A stretch of DNA of 30,582 bases, taken from an archaeon. GTDB lineage: Archaea > Nanobdellota > Nanobdellia > Woesearchaeales > ARS49. Under the pieces are notes generated by a model that searched no databases, was not told the origin of the DNA, and worked only from the letters and a program-made list of their open reading frames with translations. The DNA is taken from contig JACRAI010000023.1 in assembly GCA_016213425.1 (NCBI GenBank), positions 1-30,582 of the forward strand. The letters are read 5' to 3'. This document shows, piece by piece, positions 17,276 to 26,925 of this stretch. How positions within the stretch are numbered: the first letter of the stretch is position 1; every line of letters starts with the position of its first letter. The position numbers were made by a program, and so were the translations under genes.

Positions 17276-18622
17276 TCAATTACCAACCAATTCGTTACCT
17301 TTCTTGTTTAGCATGAACCAGTGCATTGGTCTGCCTAGAATTGCTTTGAATATTCCCTTGTTAACGTAATAAGTTGTTATTAAGCCATAACTGAATGAAG
17401 AAACTATCATTGGAAGAAGTTTTCTTGAATTCTCGCTTTGGATCGTTGCAACAATACTGGAAATTAATAACCCTGAAGTAATAATTATATTTCTTAAAGT
17501 TTCGTAAATAAGAATTGACCAGTTAATGGGTTCAGGCGGATGCGTTATTAAACTTAAAAATCCAAAAGAAAACAATCCTGCAAGAGATACTGCTAAAAGA
17601 TATCCCCCTACAACTATGCCAACACAAGTTTTGTCTTTGAGTGTTGTTTGGTGATTGAACAATATTTTTTTGAAATGCTTTTTTATCGAATAAATAACTC
17701 CGTAAGCCCACCTCATTTGCTGCTTGTACAAATCTTTAGGTGTGTAAGGAACTTCAGAATCACAAGTTAAATCTGGAAGATAAACTGCTTTGTATCCGCT
17801 ATTAAGCATTCTTATTGAATATTCTATATCTTCAGTTAAGTTGCCGCTATCCCACCCTCCAAGCCTCACTAAAGTAGATTTTCTTACTGCTTCAGCTGAA
17901 CCACACAAGAAAGATATTTGACGGACTTTTTTAATAAATGGAAGAGTTACATAGTGATAAACATTCAAGATTGTAGAAGCTAAAATGGAAATCAAGTTTT
18001 GATTTTGGTTTATGAAAGTCCATTTTGCTTGAACGGCTGCAATTTTTTCATCATGAGCAAATGGTTGAACTATTCTTTTCAAGAAATCTTTTGGAGGTAC
18101 AAAATCTGAATCAAAAATAACAATAAATTCTCCATTGGTATGTTTAAGCAGGTTGTTAAGATTTCCAGGTTTGAAGCCAATGTTTTTCTCTCGCTTTAAA
18201 ACTTTCATAATGGGGTAGTTCTGAACAAAATTAAGTATTTTATCAGATATTGTTTCATCACTGCTGTCATCGCCTATTAATATTTCATATTTGTCTTTAG
18301 GATAATCAAAATTAAGGCACGCTTTAGCACATCTTAAAGCAACCAATTCATTGTAAGTTGGGATTTGAACAGTTACTTTAGGAGTGTAATTACCAGTTAA
18401 TTCTTGTTCTTTCCTTCTATTAATTAAAACATAAATAGTCATTACAAGAAATAAAAAAGAAGCTATAACAGTTACTACTAAAAAAATTTTGAATACATCA
18501 TCAAATATTATGTGAACATAGTCAAGTATTGGCCTTCCTAATGCTTGATATTGATCAAAGATTTTTTGAACTATTATTTCCCACCGTGTTGATAATGTTT
18601 GCGCTGTTTCAATTAATCCCAC
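17276..18622 (-). CDS. Processive family 2 glycosyltransferase (cellulose-synthase-like)
   Basis: QIPTYNE, DDSSD, GFKPGNLN, FDSD, VQAKW, LTED and QQMRW (D,D,D,QxxRW), with flanking TM helices. GTG start behind AGGTGA. Confidence 0.9.
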   Translation of the reverse strand: MGLIETAQTLSTRWEIIVQKIFDQYQALGRPILDYVHIIFDDVFKIFLVVTVIASFLFLVMTIYVLINRRKEQELTGNYTPKVTVQIPTYNELVALRCAKACLNFDYPKDKYEILIGDDSSDETISDKILNFVQNYPIMKVLKREKNIGFKPGNLNNLLKHTNGEFIVIFDSDFVPPKDFLKRIVQPFAHDEKIAAVQAKWTFINQNQNLISILASTILNVYHYVTLPFIKKVRQISFLCGSAEAVRKSTLVRLGGWDSGNLTEDIEYSIRMLNSGYKAVYLPDLTCDSEVPYTPKDLYKQQMRWAYGVIYSIKKHFKKILFNHQTTLKDKTCVGIVVGGYLLAVSLAGLFSFGFLSLITHPPEPINWSILIYETLRNIIITSGLLISSIVATIQSENSRKLLPMIVSSFSYGLITTYYVNKGIFKAILGRPMHWFMLNKKGNELVGN

Positions 18623-18626
18623 TATT

Positions 18627-19862
18627 TCACCTTATAAAGTATGATTTGGTCCAAAAATGGCATTTTAGCATGCTGATTATAATAATAGTATTTAAAAATA
18701 TTGTATATGGGAAGTAAAAAAACACTCCTAGAAGGGTGTTGAGGGTTAATTTATCTTTAAACATTAAAATTGCTGAAAACATCATTACAGCAGAAATTAA
18801 GCCAGAAAGAACTCCAAAAATGTTGTAAATTGAAATTCCCCATTCGGGAATTTTGTAGATTACATATACCGGACCTGCTAGGCTGAACCACCTGAATAAA
18901 TATTCTAAAATTTCAGAAATACCGCCTGAGGGAAGCCAATAATTTACTTGATAAACTATTAAAGGTAAAGAGATAAATGAGTAAAAACTCCACCAAAATT
19001 GATTTATGAACAAAAATTTTAATGAAAGAGAATTTTCGAAAAACAAATGCTTGTTTTTTGTTAATGCTTGTAAAGTTCCAATCCACCAGCGAGCTCTTTG
19101 ATCATATAGTGCTTTGAAAGTTGAAGGGGCAACCGTGTATCCTACTGCATTAGGCACATTAATAGTTCTATAACCTGCATTATTTAAGTCTAAAGCTATG
19201 TCCATGTCCTCTGCTAAAGTATCTGTCTTGAAACCTCCAACTTTGTTTAAAGCATCTTTTCTGTAACAAGCTAAAGCTCCGAAAAACCAAATACCTGTAC
19301 TGAACAGTTTAGAAAAACTACTTCTAATTAGATTATTATAAGAATACTCTATATTTTGAAACGTACCTAGAAAAGTCTTTGAGTTAATAACTTTGCTATT
19401 GCCTGTAGTTGCACCAACAGAAAAATCAACAAATGGTTTAACTAAATTTTTCAAGCAAGACTTTTCTAATACTGTATCAGCATCTATTGTAAAAATAATA
19501 TCATGAACTGCATTTTGAACACCTAAATTTAGCGCTTCTGATTTACCTTTATGATTTTGACTTAACACTTTTGCACAAAAATGCTGTGCCACACTTTTTG
19601 TTCTATCTATACTTCCATCATCAACAACAATCACCTCAACTCTTCCTCTAGGATAATCTTGGTTATGAATAGACATTAAACATTTTCCTATATTTTTTTC
19701 CTCATTAACCGCAGGGATTACAACACTCACTAAAGGAGTGAATTCTTCATAATTGGCAGTTTTTTTAACTAAAGACATAACAAAAACTGAGAAAACAAAC
19801 GCAAGAAAAATAAACAAGATTCCAAAAAAAAGTCCTGAAAAAAACATAATCATTTCGGTCAT
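18627..19862 (-). CDS. Processive family 2 glycosyltransferase (PgaC/IcaA-like)
   Basis: IPA-NEE, VDDGS-D, GKSEALN, IDADT, LAEDMD and QRARW, with TM helices. Confidence 0.9.
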   Translation of the reverse strand: MTEMIMFFSGLFFGILFIFLAFVFSVFVMSLVKKTANYEEFTPLVSVVIPAVNEEKNIGKCLMSIHNQDYPRGRVEVIVVDDGSIDRTKSVAQHFCAKVLSQNHKGKSEALNLGVQNAVHDIIFTIDADTVLEKSCLKNLVKPFVDFSVGATTGNSKVINSKTFLGTFQNIEYSYNNLIRSSFSKLFSTGIWFFGALACYRKDALNKVGGFKTDTLAEDMDIALDLNNAGYRTINVPNAVGYTVAPSTFKALYDQRARWWIGTLQALTKNKHLFFENSLSLKFLFINQFWWSFYSFISLPLIVYQVNYWLPSGGISEILEYLFRWFSLAGPVYVIYKIPEWGISIYNIFGVLSGLISAVMMFSAILMFKDKLTLNTLLGVFFYFPYTIFLNTIIIISMLKCHFWTKSYFIR

Positions 19863-19952
19863 TTCCTCTCTTTTTTATTATAAACTATTTTTAAAGGTTT
19901 CTCTTATTAAATTTTACGCTAAATTTAAATATAAAATAAAAAATCCAATAGT

Positions 19953-20186
19953 GTGAAAACCAACGAACTCGCAGTCATATCAATAATTTTAGCTGCAATA
20001 TCCTGGATTCCACTAGTAAATTTTGGAATAGCTCCTGCAGCAGTTTATTTCGGGTGGAAAGGATTTAAAGAAATAAAAAAAGAACCTGAATTATACAAAG
20101 GAAAAATTTATGCAATTATTGGCATGCTAATTGGATTGGGGTGGACGGTTTTTAGTTATTATTGGTGGATCTCTGGATATTTCTAA
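19953..20186 (+). CDS. Small two-TM protein (DUF4190-like)
   Basis: LAVISIILA...PAAVYFG--G-KEIKK------GK-YAIIG-LIG pattern. Confidence 0.7.
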   Translation: MKTNELAVISIILAAISWIPLVNFGIAPAAVYFGWKGFKEIKKEPELYKGKIYAIIGMLIGLGWTVFSYYWWISGYF

Positions 20187-20845
20187 ACTGCTTCCAAACC
20201 TTCATTAATTATTTGGAAATAAATTTCTTTTTCGCCGGCAATAGAACGATGTTTTCTCAATACGGCTTTTCTTCTGCTTCTATGATAATTCTGAAGTTCA
20301 ATTATACATTTACTTGCGTAGGCAATAATATCTCCGCCTATCATTTTTATTTGAGAACTTTCAAAATCTGTGTATACTTGATTAGTTATTAGTACTGGAA
20401 TGTTTCTTTTCCTTGTCAATTCAGATAAAGAGCCTATTTGATCTGCAAGAAGATCATTTGCGTCTTTCACAGAATGTTTGACTCTTTTTAACCTGTATAA
20501 AGAAGTTAAAGTATCTATAACTATTAAATCAAAATTTTCTACTTTTTTTATTTCTTCGAAAATTTTTTGTTGTTCCTCGATATTTGTTGGTTTGATAAAA
20601 ATCATGTTGTCAAGAACTTCATTATATCTAGAAGTTAATTGCTTCAGTCTATCTATTGAAAATCCGCCTTCTGTATCTACAAAAATGATTTTTTTACCTT
20701 TCAAAGCGGCATTTATACATGCAAGAATAACAAGATTGGTTTTTCCAGAACCTGCAGGACCATAAATAGTTGTAATGGTGTCGGTTTCATAACCTCCCTC
20801 TAAAAATTCATCAAAAACAGGCACGCCAGTGCTCACCCTTTCCAT
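20183..20845 (-). CDS. radB: DNA repair and recombination protein RadB
   Basis: RVSTG---FDEFLEGG, YGPAGSGKTN, FVDTEGGFS-DR, IVIDT, VLITNQVY and the RadB basic patch LRKHRS. The likely start is ATG 20845 (the track start at 20914 overlaps the divergent gene). Confidence 0.93.
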   Translation of the reverse strand: MERVSTGVPVFDEFLEGGYETDTITTIYGPAGSGKTNLVILACINAALKGKKIIFVDTEGGFSIDRLKQLTSRYNEVLDNMIFIKPTNIEEQQKIFEEIKKVENFDLIVIDTLTSLYRLKRVKHSVKDANDLLADQIGSLSELTRKRNIPVLITNQVYTDFESSQIKMIGGDIIAYASKCIIELQNYHRSRRKAVLRKHRSIAGEKEIYFQIINEGLEAV

Positions 20846-20897
20846 GAATAAATATAATGGGCACAAATTTAAATAGTTTTGCGATTTTAGCACAAAA

Positions 20898-22391
20898 ATG
20901 GAATTAAAAAGCAATTACGGAATTATCCTGCTTTTTTTAATGATCTTAATTGTGAGAGTATACCTGTCTCTTCTTAATCCATTGCTAAGTTCTGATGAAT
21001 CTTACTTTAACGTAAAACAAGTTGACAACATAATGAGTACTGGAAAGCCTTTGCTCCAAGATCCTGCATCATGGAACGGCAGCAAACATCATCTGCTGGC
21101 AACATTCCATTACTTGACTGGATTTTTTTTATTATTTTTCAAAAAAGAGTTAGTTTTTAAAATATTACCTCAATTTTTTGCCAGCTTAATAGTATTCCCT
21201 GTGTATGGAATATTGAAGTCCATTCTGGATAACAAGAATTTTGCACTTATTGGTGCATTTATGTCTGCGTTTATTCCTGTTTTTTTCGTAAACACCATAA
21301 ATACATTTACGCCTTTAACTTTTGCACTTTTCCTCTTATTCTCATTAGTTTATTTCTTTATTAATCTAGAACAAAACTTGATTTATTACATTGTTTTTTT
21401 AACAATTGCCAGCTTTTCTCACCCGTTAATCTTGCTTTACAGCGTTGGTATTTTTGGTTACGTTATTTTTTCTAAAGTTGAAAATATAACTCTTAAACAA
21501 ATTGAAAAAGAGATTATTTTATTCAGCGTTTTCTTGCCTTATTTGATTTATTTTGTATTTTACAGAAATGCACTTTTATTTCACGCAAAAAATATTGTTT
21601 GGCAGAATATTCCTGGACAAATGTTGGACATTTACTTTCAAAACATAACTCTTCTAGGTAGCATTTATAGTATAAGCGTTATACCTTTATTGTTTGGGCT
21701 TTACGCAGGCTATAGTTATTTGTTCGCGTTAAAAGAAAAAAAAATGTATTTAATTTCAGGATTCATAATTTCCATCAGCTTATTATTGTGGCAAAAAATG
21801 ATTGCTTTAACAATTGGAGGAGCCATTATAGGAATTTTTCTTTGCATTCTTGCCGCTCAGAGTCTATATGATTTGTTCAAATTAATTAATAAGACAAAGT
21901 TTTCTAAGATGAACAATACAATAATTTTACTGGTGCTTGTCTTATTTATATTGACTTCATTAGTTCCTGGACTTGTTGAAGCTAAAAATAAATTAATGAG
22001 TAATCCTGCAAAAGATAAGATAACTGCATTCAACTGGATTAGAACTACTGCACCTTTAAATTCTAGCTTTGTAGCTTTGCCGGAAGAAGGAAATTATTTG
22101 AACGTTCTTGGACGAGTTAAGAACGTAATAGATACTGATTTTTTGATGAAAAAAGATAGCAGCACGGTTTATAATGATATTAGGCGAATATTTCTGACTC
22201 ATTCAGAAATAGAAGCCGTTGATTTGATGAGCAAGTACAATTCAGATTACTTGTTAATCACGCAAGAAGCTAAAGAAAAATTTAACTTAAAAAAATGGGG
22301 TTTGCAAGACAGCAAATGTTTTGAACTGGTATACAATTCTAGCGCAGAAATTTATAAAAAAACTTGCAGAAGGGTGAGAACTCTTGAATAA
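20898..22391 (+). CDS. Polytopic membrane protein, GT-C-fold glycosyltransferase-like
   Basis: About 12 TM helices, an early-loop acidic motif (SSDESYF) and a soluble C-terminal domain (W-R------S-FVA--EEG-Y) of the STT3/PMT-like type. Confidence 0.6.
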   Translation: MELKSNYGIILLFLMILIVRVYLSLLNPLLSSDESYFNVKQVDNIMSTGKPLLQDPASWNGSKHHLLATFHYLTGFFLLFFKKELVFKILPQFFASLIVFPVYGILKSILDNKNFALIGAFMSAFIPVFFVNTINTFTPLTFALFLLFSLVYFFINLEQNLIYYIVFLTIASFSHPLILLYSVGIFGYVIFSKVENITLKQIEKEIILFSVFLPYLIYFVFYRNALLFHAKNIVWQNIPGQMLDIYFQNITLLGSIYSISVIPLLFGLYAGYSYLFALKEKKMYLISGFIISISLLLWQKMIALTIGGAIIGIFLCILAAQSLYDLFKLINKTKFSKMNNTIILLVLVLFILTSLVPGLVEAKNKLMSNPAKDKITAFNWIRTTAPLNSSFVALPEEGNYLNVLGRVKNVIDTDFLMKKDSSTVYNDIRRIFLTHSEIEAVDLMSKYNSDYLLITQEAKEKFNLKKWGLQDSKCFELVYNSSAEIYKKTCRRVRTLE

Positions 22392-23451
22392 CAAAGCGAT
22401 ATTACTAAGTGCAATAGGAATTATTCTTGTTGGAACTGTTTTTGTATTTAGAAATAATTTGGGGAACGCAATATTTTACGGAACAGAATCGTATATTAAT
22501 CCTTGGACAAACATTTTTTTCCTACCTCTAGTTTTAGCAATACTTTTTGTATTTCTTTTTTACACTTTACTTCAAAAATTGAGCTTTGAAGAAAAAGATT
22601 GGATTCTAGCAGTATTTGCAATTTCTCCTGCATTTGCAGGATTGTTCTCTTCAGTTAATAATCAAAGCAGCCTAGCATTTTTAAGTCTAGCAACAATTTT
22701 GATTTATATACAGTACAAAAATTATTTTCTTTTGATTCCAACAAGCATTCTTTCCATCTACATCTTAGTTAAATGGCAATATTCTTTGAATTTTTCATTT
22801 TACTCTTTGATCTCAGAACTTGGAAGTTTTTATGGAGTTAGCTTTTTTACCGTTATTCTAGCAATGTACGGAGTTGTTTTATATTTTAAGAATAATAAAA
22901 ACAGCAAAGTATTGATTTTTCTGATTTGCAGTCTAATAATAATTTTCACAATCGAAGGATTAAATATTTTTTTTCATTTAATGATTAGCTTTTTTGCAGG
23001 CAGATCACTGCACAAGTTGTTTAATAAAAAATGGGAGCTTCCTGAATTAAAGATAGGATTTTTTATTTTAATATTAACTGCACTTTCTTTTTCATCATTA
23101 AGCCACGTAATTTACTTAAGCTATTTGCCTCCCCTGGAAAGTTTTCAAACACATTTACAATATAAACTTAGCAAGGACGATGTTGTATTAACAACAAAAG
23201 AAATGGCCGCATGGATAGAATATTTCACAAAAGCAAAAACTGTAACGAATGAAAATATATTTAATACTTATAATTTTGATGAGACTAAAAAATTTTTAAA
23301 GAAAAATAACATCACTCAAATAGTGGTACCTTCTTACGAGTTTGAAGGAAGACTAAACAAAGACGAAGGCTTGTTTTTTTTATTAAGAAATGAAAATGTA
23401 TTTGAAAAACAGCTGTCTCATAAAGATATTAACATTTGGAAAATCAAATGA
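22384..23451 (+). CDS. Polytopic membrane protein, possibly GT-C-like
   Basis: Many TM helices plus a C-terminal soluble domain similar in layout to the upstream gene. TTG start overlaps the upstream stop. Confidence 0.55.
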   Translation: MNNKAILLSAIGIILVGTVFVFRNNLGNAIFYGTESYINPWTNIFFLPLVLAILFVFLFYTLLQKLSFEEKDWILAVFAISPAFAGLFSSVNNQSSLAFLSLATILIYIQYKNYFLLIPTSILSIYILVKWQYSLNFSFYSLISELGSFYGVSFFTVILAMYGVVLYFKNNKNSKVLIFLICSLIIIFTIEGLNIFFHLMISFFAGRSLHKLFNKKWELPELKIGFFILILTALSFSSLSHVIYLSYLPPLESFQTHLQYKLSKDDVVLTTKEMAAWIEYFTKAKTVTNENIFNTYNFDETKKFLKKNNITQIVVPSYEFEGRLNKDEGLFFLLRNENVFEKQLSHKDINIWKIK

Positions 23452-24767
23452 AAAATAAGTTAAAACTAATATTTGCAACACTCTTGCTTGTCGCTTTTTT
23501 AATTAAATTTGCATTCATAATTCAAGATAAACCTATTTGGTGGGATACAAGCGTTTACATAGGAATGGCAAAGTACGTGGCAACCCAAGGAAGTTCTGGT
23601 TTATGGGAACCATTAAGACCTCTTGTTTGGCCTTTAATTCTCTCTTTGATGTTAATTTTAAACGTTTCTCTTATTTTTTTTGCTAAAATTTTCCAGTTAT
23701 TCTTTAGTTTGGGCAGTGTTTACTTGGTTTACTTAATTGGGAAAAAAATTTGGAGTGACAAAGAAGGGAAAATTGCTGTTTTGATTTTATTATTTACCCC
23801 TGTAATTACTTTTTATGAGGGAGTTATGTTGAGCGAGATTCCTGCAGTCTTTTTTGGATTATTGTCTCTATATTATTTTTTGAAAGAAGAAAATTTTTTA
23901 TCTGGTTTTATCGCAGGCATTTCTTTTTTGACTAAGTTTCCTATGGGCTTGATGCTGGTTGGTTTGCTTCTTGCAAACATTAATTCTAGAAAGCGATTGA
24001 TGTCTATTGCAACTGGATTTATTATTCCATTGCTGTTCTTTTTCACATTTAATTACTTGTTTTATAACGATGCGTTTTTACCTTTAAAAGATGGAGTGGA
24101 TGTTTTTGGAAAATCAAGCTGGTTTTACAATGAAGGATTGTATTATTACTTAATTAATTTATTAAAGGAAAATGTTTTTTTCATTTTAGCACTTATAGGA
24201 TTGATAGGGATAAGAAGAAAAGAAGAGATTGCACTGGCCTTGTTTTTTATACTTCCTTTTTTTTATTTTGGACACACAACTCATAAAGAAGTCAGATTCT
24301 ACATATTATTCTTGCCATTTATTTGTCTTCTAACTGCTAGAGGAACGAGGAAAATTTCAGAATACAAATATGGAAGAGCAATACTAGTATTGCTTTTATT
24401 TGTCTTTATTCCTTTTGCGTACCAAAAATTTACTGATTATTATAATTTTCGAGTAGATTTCGACGAAAAATATTATAACTTAATTAGCAATATTGGTATT
24501 GAAGGCAAAATCTTAGTTAGCGATCCTAGATTCGTATTATTTACAAATAAAAAGCTTGATTTGTTATATTATAAAGATTACGACGAAGCACACGTAATGA
24601 ATAATTTAAAGAATGCTAGTTTTGTAGTTTTAAATAAATGTGATTTTTTATGTAACGACAGCGCACATTGTGCAGTTCATAAAAAAATGTACAAATACTT
24701 AAAAGAAAACATGAAAGTTCAAAAAAAAGAGCTAAAAGGAGATTGCGAAATTATTCTTTATGATTGA
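23436..24767 (+). CDS. ArnT/PMT-like (GT39/GT83-type) membrane glycosyltransferase
   Basis: WWDTSVY, EPLRP--WP, LSEIP, FLTKFP and HKE-RF, with multiple TM helices. Confidence 0.8.
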   Translation: MENQMKNKLKLIFATLLLVAFLIKFAFIIQDKPIWWDTSVYIGMAKYVATQGSSGLWEPLRPLVWPLILSLMLILNVSLIFFAKIFQLFFSLGSVYLVYLIGKKIWSDKEGKIAVLILLFTPVITFYEGVMLSEIPAVFFGLLSLYYFLKEENFLSGFIAGISFLTKFPMGLMLVGLLLANINSRKRLMSIATGFIIPLLFFFTFNYLFYNDAFLPLKDGVDVFGKSSWFYNEGLYYYLINLLKENVFFILALIGLIGIRRKEEIALALFFILPFFYFGHTTHKEVRFYILFLPFICLLTARGTRKISEYKYGRAILVLLLFVFIPFAYQKFTDYYNFRVDFDEKYYNLISNIGIEGKILVSDPRFVLFTNKKLDLLYYKDYDEAHVMNNLKNASFVVLNKCDFLCNDSAHCAVHKKMYKYLKENMKVQKKELKGDCEIILYD

Positions 24768-25089
24768 AAAATTCTAATTTAATATCTTGAACATCATTAG
24801 GGAGCCTTAAAATGTCTGTTGATGTAGTTGATGATGCCCGCCACAAGTACTCTTCGTCAACTAAAATCGTTAAAGTTTTGTTAGAATATTTATACTTTAC
24901 ATGATTTGTTTCTTCTCTTTGATTCATCCCTTCTTTTATATCATAAATATCATATAATCCATATATGGAACAATATGAAACTGCAAGGACTTTTTTTGAA
25001 TCACTATAATTAAGAGAAAAACATTGAAGAAAATAATTATTTCCTTTTCTTAGTGCTAATACTTCATCAATCTTTTCTTGAAGATTCAT
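24751..25089 (-). CDS. Hypothetical protein
   Basis: 112-aa ORF whose start overlaps the aMBF1 stop (ATGA). No family recognised. Confidence 0.6.
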   Translation of the reverse strand: MNLQEKIDEVLALRKGNNYFLQCFSLNYSDSKKVLAVSYCSIYGLYDIYDIKEGMNQREETNHVKYKYSNKTLTILVDEEYLWRASSTTSTDILRLPNDVQDIKLEFFNHKE

Positions 25090-25538
25090 GGTCGTGTTCT
25101 AATTTTTACCAAATCGCCTATGGTGACAGTTTGAGGGCCTTTTTTCCCCCCCACTAAATGTTCTTCAACAACTTCTTCAACTAGTTTAATGTTTAACAAT
25201 TTTTCAAGTTTTCTTGCCGTATCAATAGATGGTTCAAGACTGCCATTTTCAACTTTTTGAATAAAAGACTCCCGCTCATTCAATCGCTTAGCAAATTCTT
25301 CTTGAGTTAAACCCAATTTTTCACGAGCTTGACGAATCAGTTTAGAATAATCTGCAGTTAAAACATCTAGAACTTCAGGAAGAACTCTTTCCTGTTTTGG
25401 TTTAGGAGGCTTGATAGGTGGGACGGGTTTGTAAACTTTTCCGAACTTACCGCATTCTGAACAAACATTTAATTCTGTGCCTTCAACTTTCGCAGTAAAC
25501 AATTTATTTTCTTTTCCGCACAAATCACAAATGCCCAT
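25086..25538 (-). CDS. Archaeal multiprotein bridging factor 1 (Zn ribbon + HTH)
   Basis: CDLCG...EG-EL-VC-ECGKFG, IRQAREKLGLTQEEFAKRLNERES-IQKVE-G-LEP and C-terminal TIGD. Confidence 0.92.
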   Translation of the reverse strand: MGICDLCGKENKLFTAKVEGTELNVCSECGKFGKVYKPVPPIKPPKPKQERVLPEVLDVLTADYSKLIRQAREKLGLTQEEFAKRLNERESFIQKVENGSLEPSIDTARKLEKLLNIKLVEEVVEEHLVGGKKGPQTVTIGDLVKIRTRP

Positions 25539-25610
25539 AAAACTATTTATTAAGAAGAGATATAAAAATGTTACTAAATGTTTAAAAACAAAATGATTTA
25601 ATACACAAAA

Positions 25611-26375
25611 ATGAGTAAATTTGAAGAAATAAGAAAGAAATACCTGCGGGAAACAAGAGAGAAATTAAGCAAGAAGGATATTGGAGGAGAATTAATACTT
25701 CAAAGTTTTAAAAGCTTGAAAGAAGTAGAACAAAGTATTAATGAATTATGCACGAAATTAAGAGAATGGTACGGGTACTATTATCCTGAGCTTGAACATG
25801 AAAATAAAAATAATGAAGAATTTGTAAAAAAAGTATTGGAAAATCCTAAAAGAAAAATATCTATAGGTTATGAATTATTTAAAGAAAAAGATGTAAAACA
25901 AATCCTAATTTTTGCTGAACAAATACAAAATTTATTTAATTATAAAAAAAAGTTAGAACAATATTTAGATATATTAATAGAAGAATCCTGCCCTAACACT
26001 AAAGTTTTAGCAGGAAGCAGTATAACTTGCTTAATGCTTGAGCAAGCAGGAAGTTTGAAAAATTTAATGGAAATGCCTTCTTCAACAATTCAATTATTAG
26101 GTGCAGAGAAAGCATTATTCAGACATTTAAAAGGGGAAGGTAAAAGTCCGAAATTTGGATTTCTTTACGGGCATGAATTAGTCAAGAGAAGCAAAGATAA
26201 AGGAAAAATCGCAAAATTGCTTGCGGACAAAATAAGTATTGCAATAAAAATAGATTATTTTAAAGGAAAATTTATAGGAGATAAATTAAGAAAAGAAATT
26301 GAGAAAAAGTTGACAACAAACTCCAAACCCCAAACTAAAAACCATAAATCAAACTATGAGACTTACAACAAATAA
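25611..26375 (+). CDS. nop5: Box C/D RNP protein Nop5 (Nop56/58), short form
   Basis: LREWYG-YYPEL, PN---LAG, AGSL--L--MPSSTIQLLGAEKALFRHL, PK-G-LY and KIAK-LA-KI-IA-KIDYF. Confidence 0.93.
   Translation: MSKFEEIRKKYLRETREKLSKKDIGGELILQSFKSLKEVEQSINELCTKLREWYGYYYPELEHENKNNEEFVKKVLENPKRKISIGYELFKEKDVKQILIFAEQIQNLFNYKKKLEQYLDILIEESCPNTKVLAGSSITCLMLEQAGSLKNLMEMPSSTIQLLGAEKALFRHLKGEGKSPKFGFLYGHELVKRSKDKGKIAKLLADKISIAIKIDYFKGKFIGDKLRKEIEKKLTTNSKPQTKNHKSNYETYNK
26313..26354 (+). repeat. Degenerate heptamer tandem tract 5 at the nop5/flpA junction
   Basis: ACAACAA ACTCCAA ACCCCAA ACTAAAA ACCATAA ATCAAAC. It matches tract 4 at 21 of 23 nt over ACTSCAAACCCCRAACTAAAAAC. Confidence 0.7.
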
Positions 26376-26901
26376 CCAAGGCAGAGAAGTTTTTTGGGAT
26401 CCTTACAAGAGCAAATTAGCTGCAGCTTTAAACAAGAAAGTAAATATTGATTTAAAAAAAGAAGATTCTGTGCTTTATTTGGGTGCTAGCACCGGGACAA
26501 CTGTTTTTCATGTAAGTAAACGTTGTAAAGAAGTTTTTGCAGTTGAGATCGCTCCAAGAGTTATGAGAGAACTAGTATTTTTAGCAGAAGAGGAAAAAAA
26601 TATTGTTCCAATACTTGAAGACGCCAACCACCCTGAACGATATAAAGATGTTTTCTGCAATTGGTTATTCCAAGATGTTGCACAAAAAAATCAAGTAGAA
26701 ATATTCTTAAAAAATTTCAGGCAATTCAAGCCAAGGATAGGACTTTTAGTGATTAAAGCGAGAAATGTTAATTCAATAAAAGAGCCTGAAGAAGTATTCA
26801 AGCAATGCGAAGAAGAATTAAAAAAGGAATTGAGAATACTGGACAAAAAAAGTTTAGACCCATACCAGAAAGATCACCTGATTTTTGTGGTTAGTAAATA
26901 A
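26356..26901 (+). CDS. flpA: Fibrillarin-like rRNA/tRNA 2'-O-methyltransferase, short form
   Basis: WDPYKSKLAAA, VLYLGASTGTTV-HVS, AVE-APR, PIL-DAN-P--Y, QDVAQ-NQ, IKAR and L-PY-KDH. Confidence 0.95.
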   Translation: MRLTTNNQGREVFWDPYKSKLAAALNKKVNIDLKKEDSVLYLGASTGTTVFHVSKRCKEVFAVEIAPRVMRELVFLAEEEKNIVPILEDANHPERYKDVFCNWLFQDVAQKNQVEIFLKNFRQFKPRIGLLVIKARNVNSIKEPEEVFKQCEEELKKELRILDKKSLDPYQKDHLIFVVSK

Positions 26902-26925
26902 CCGCTCTAATTCTACAAATAATAT

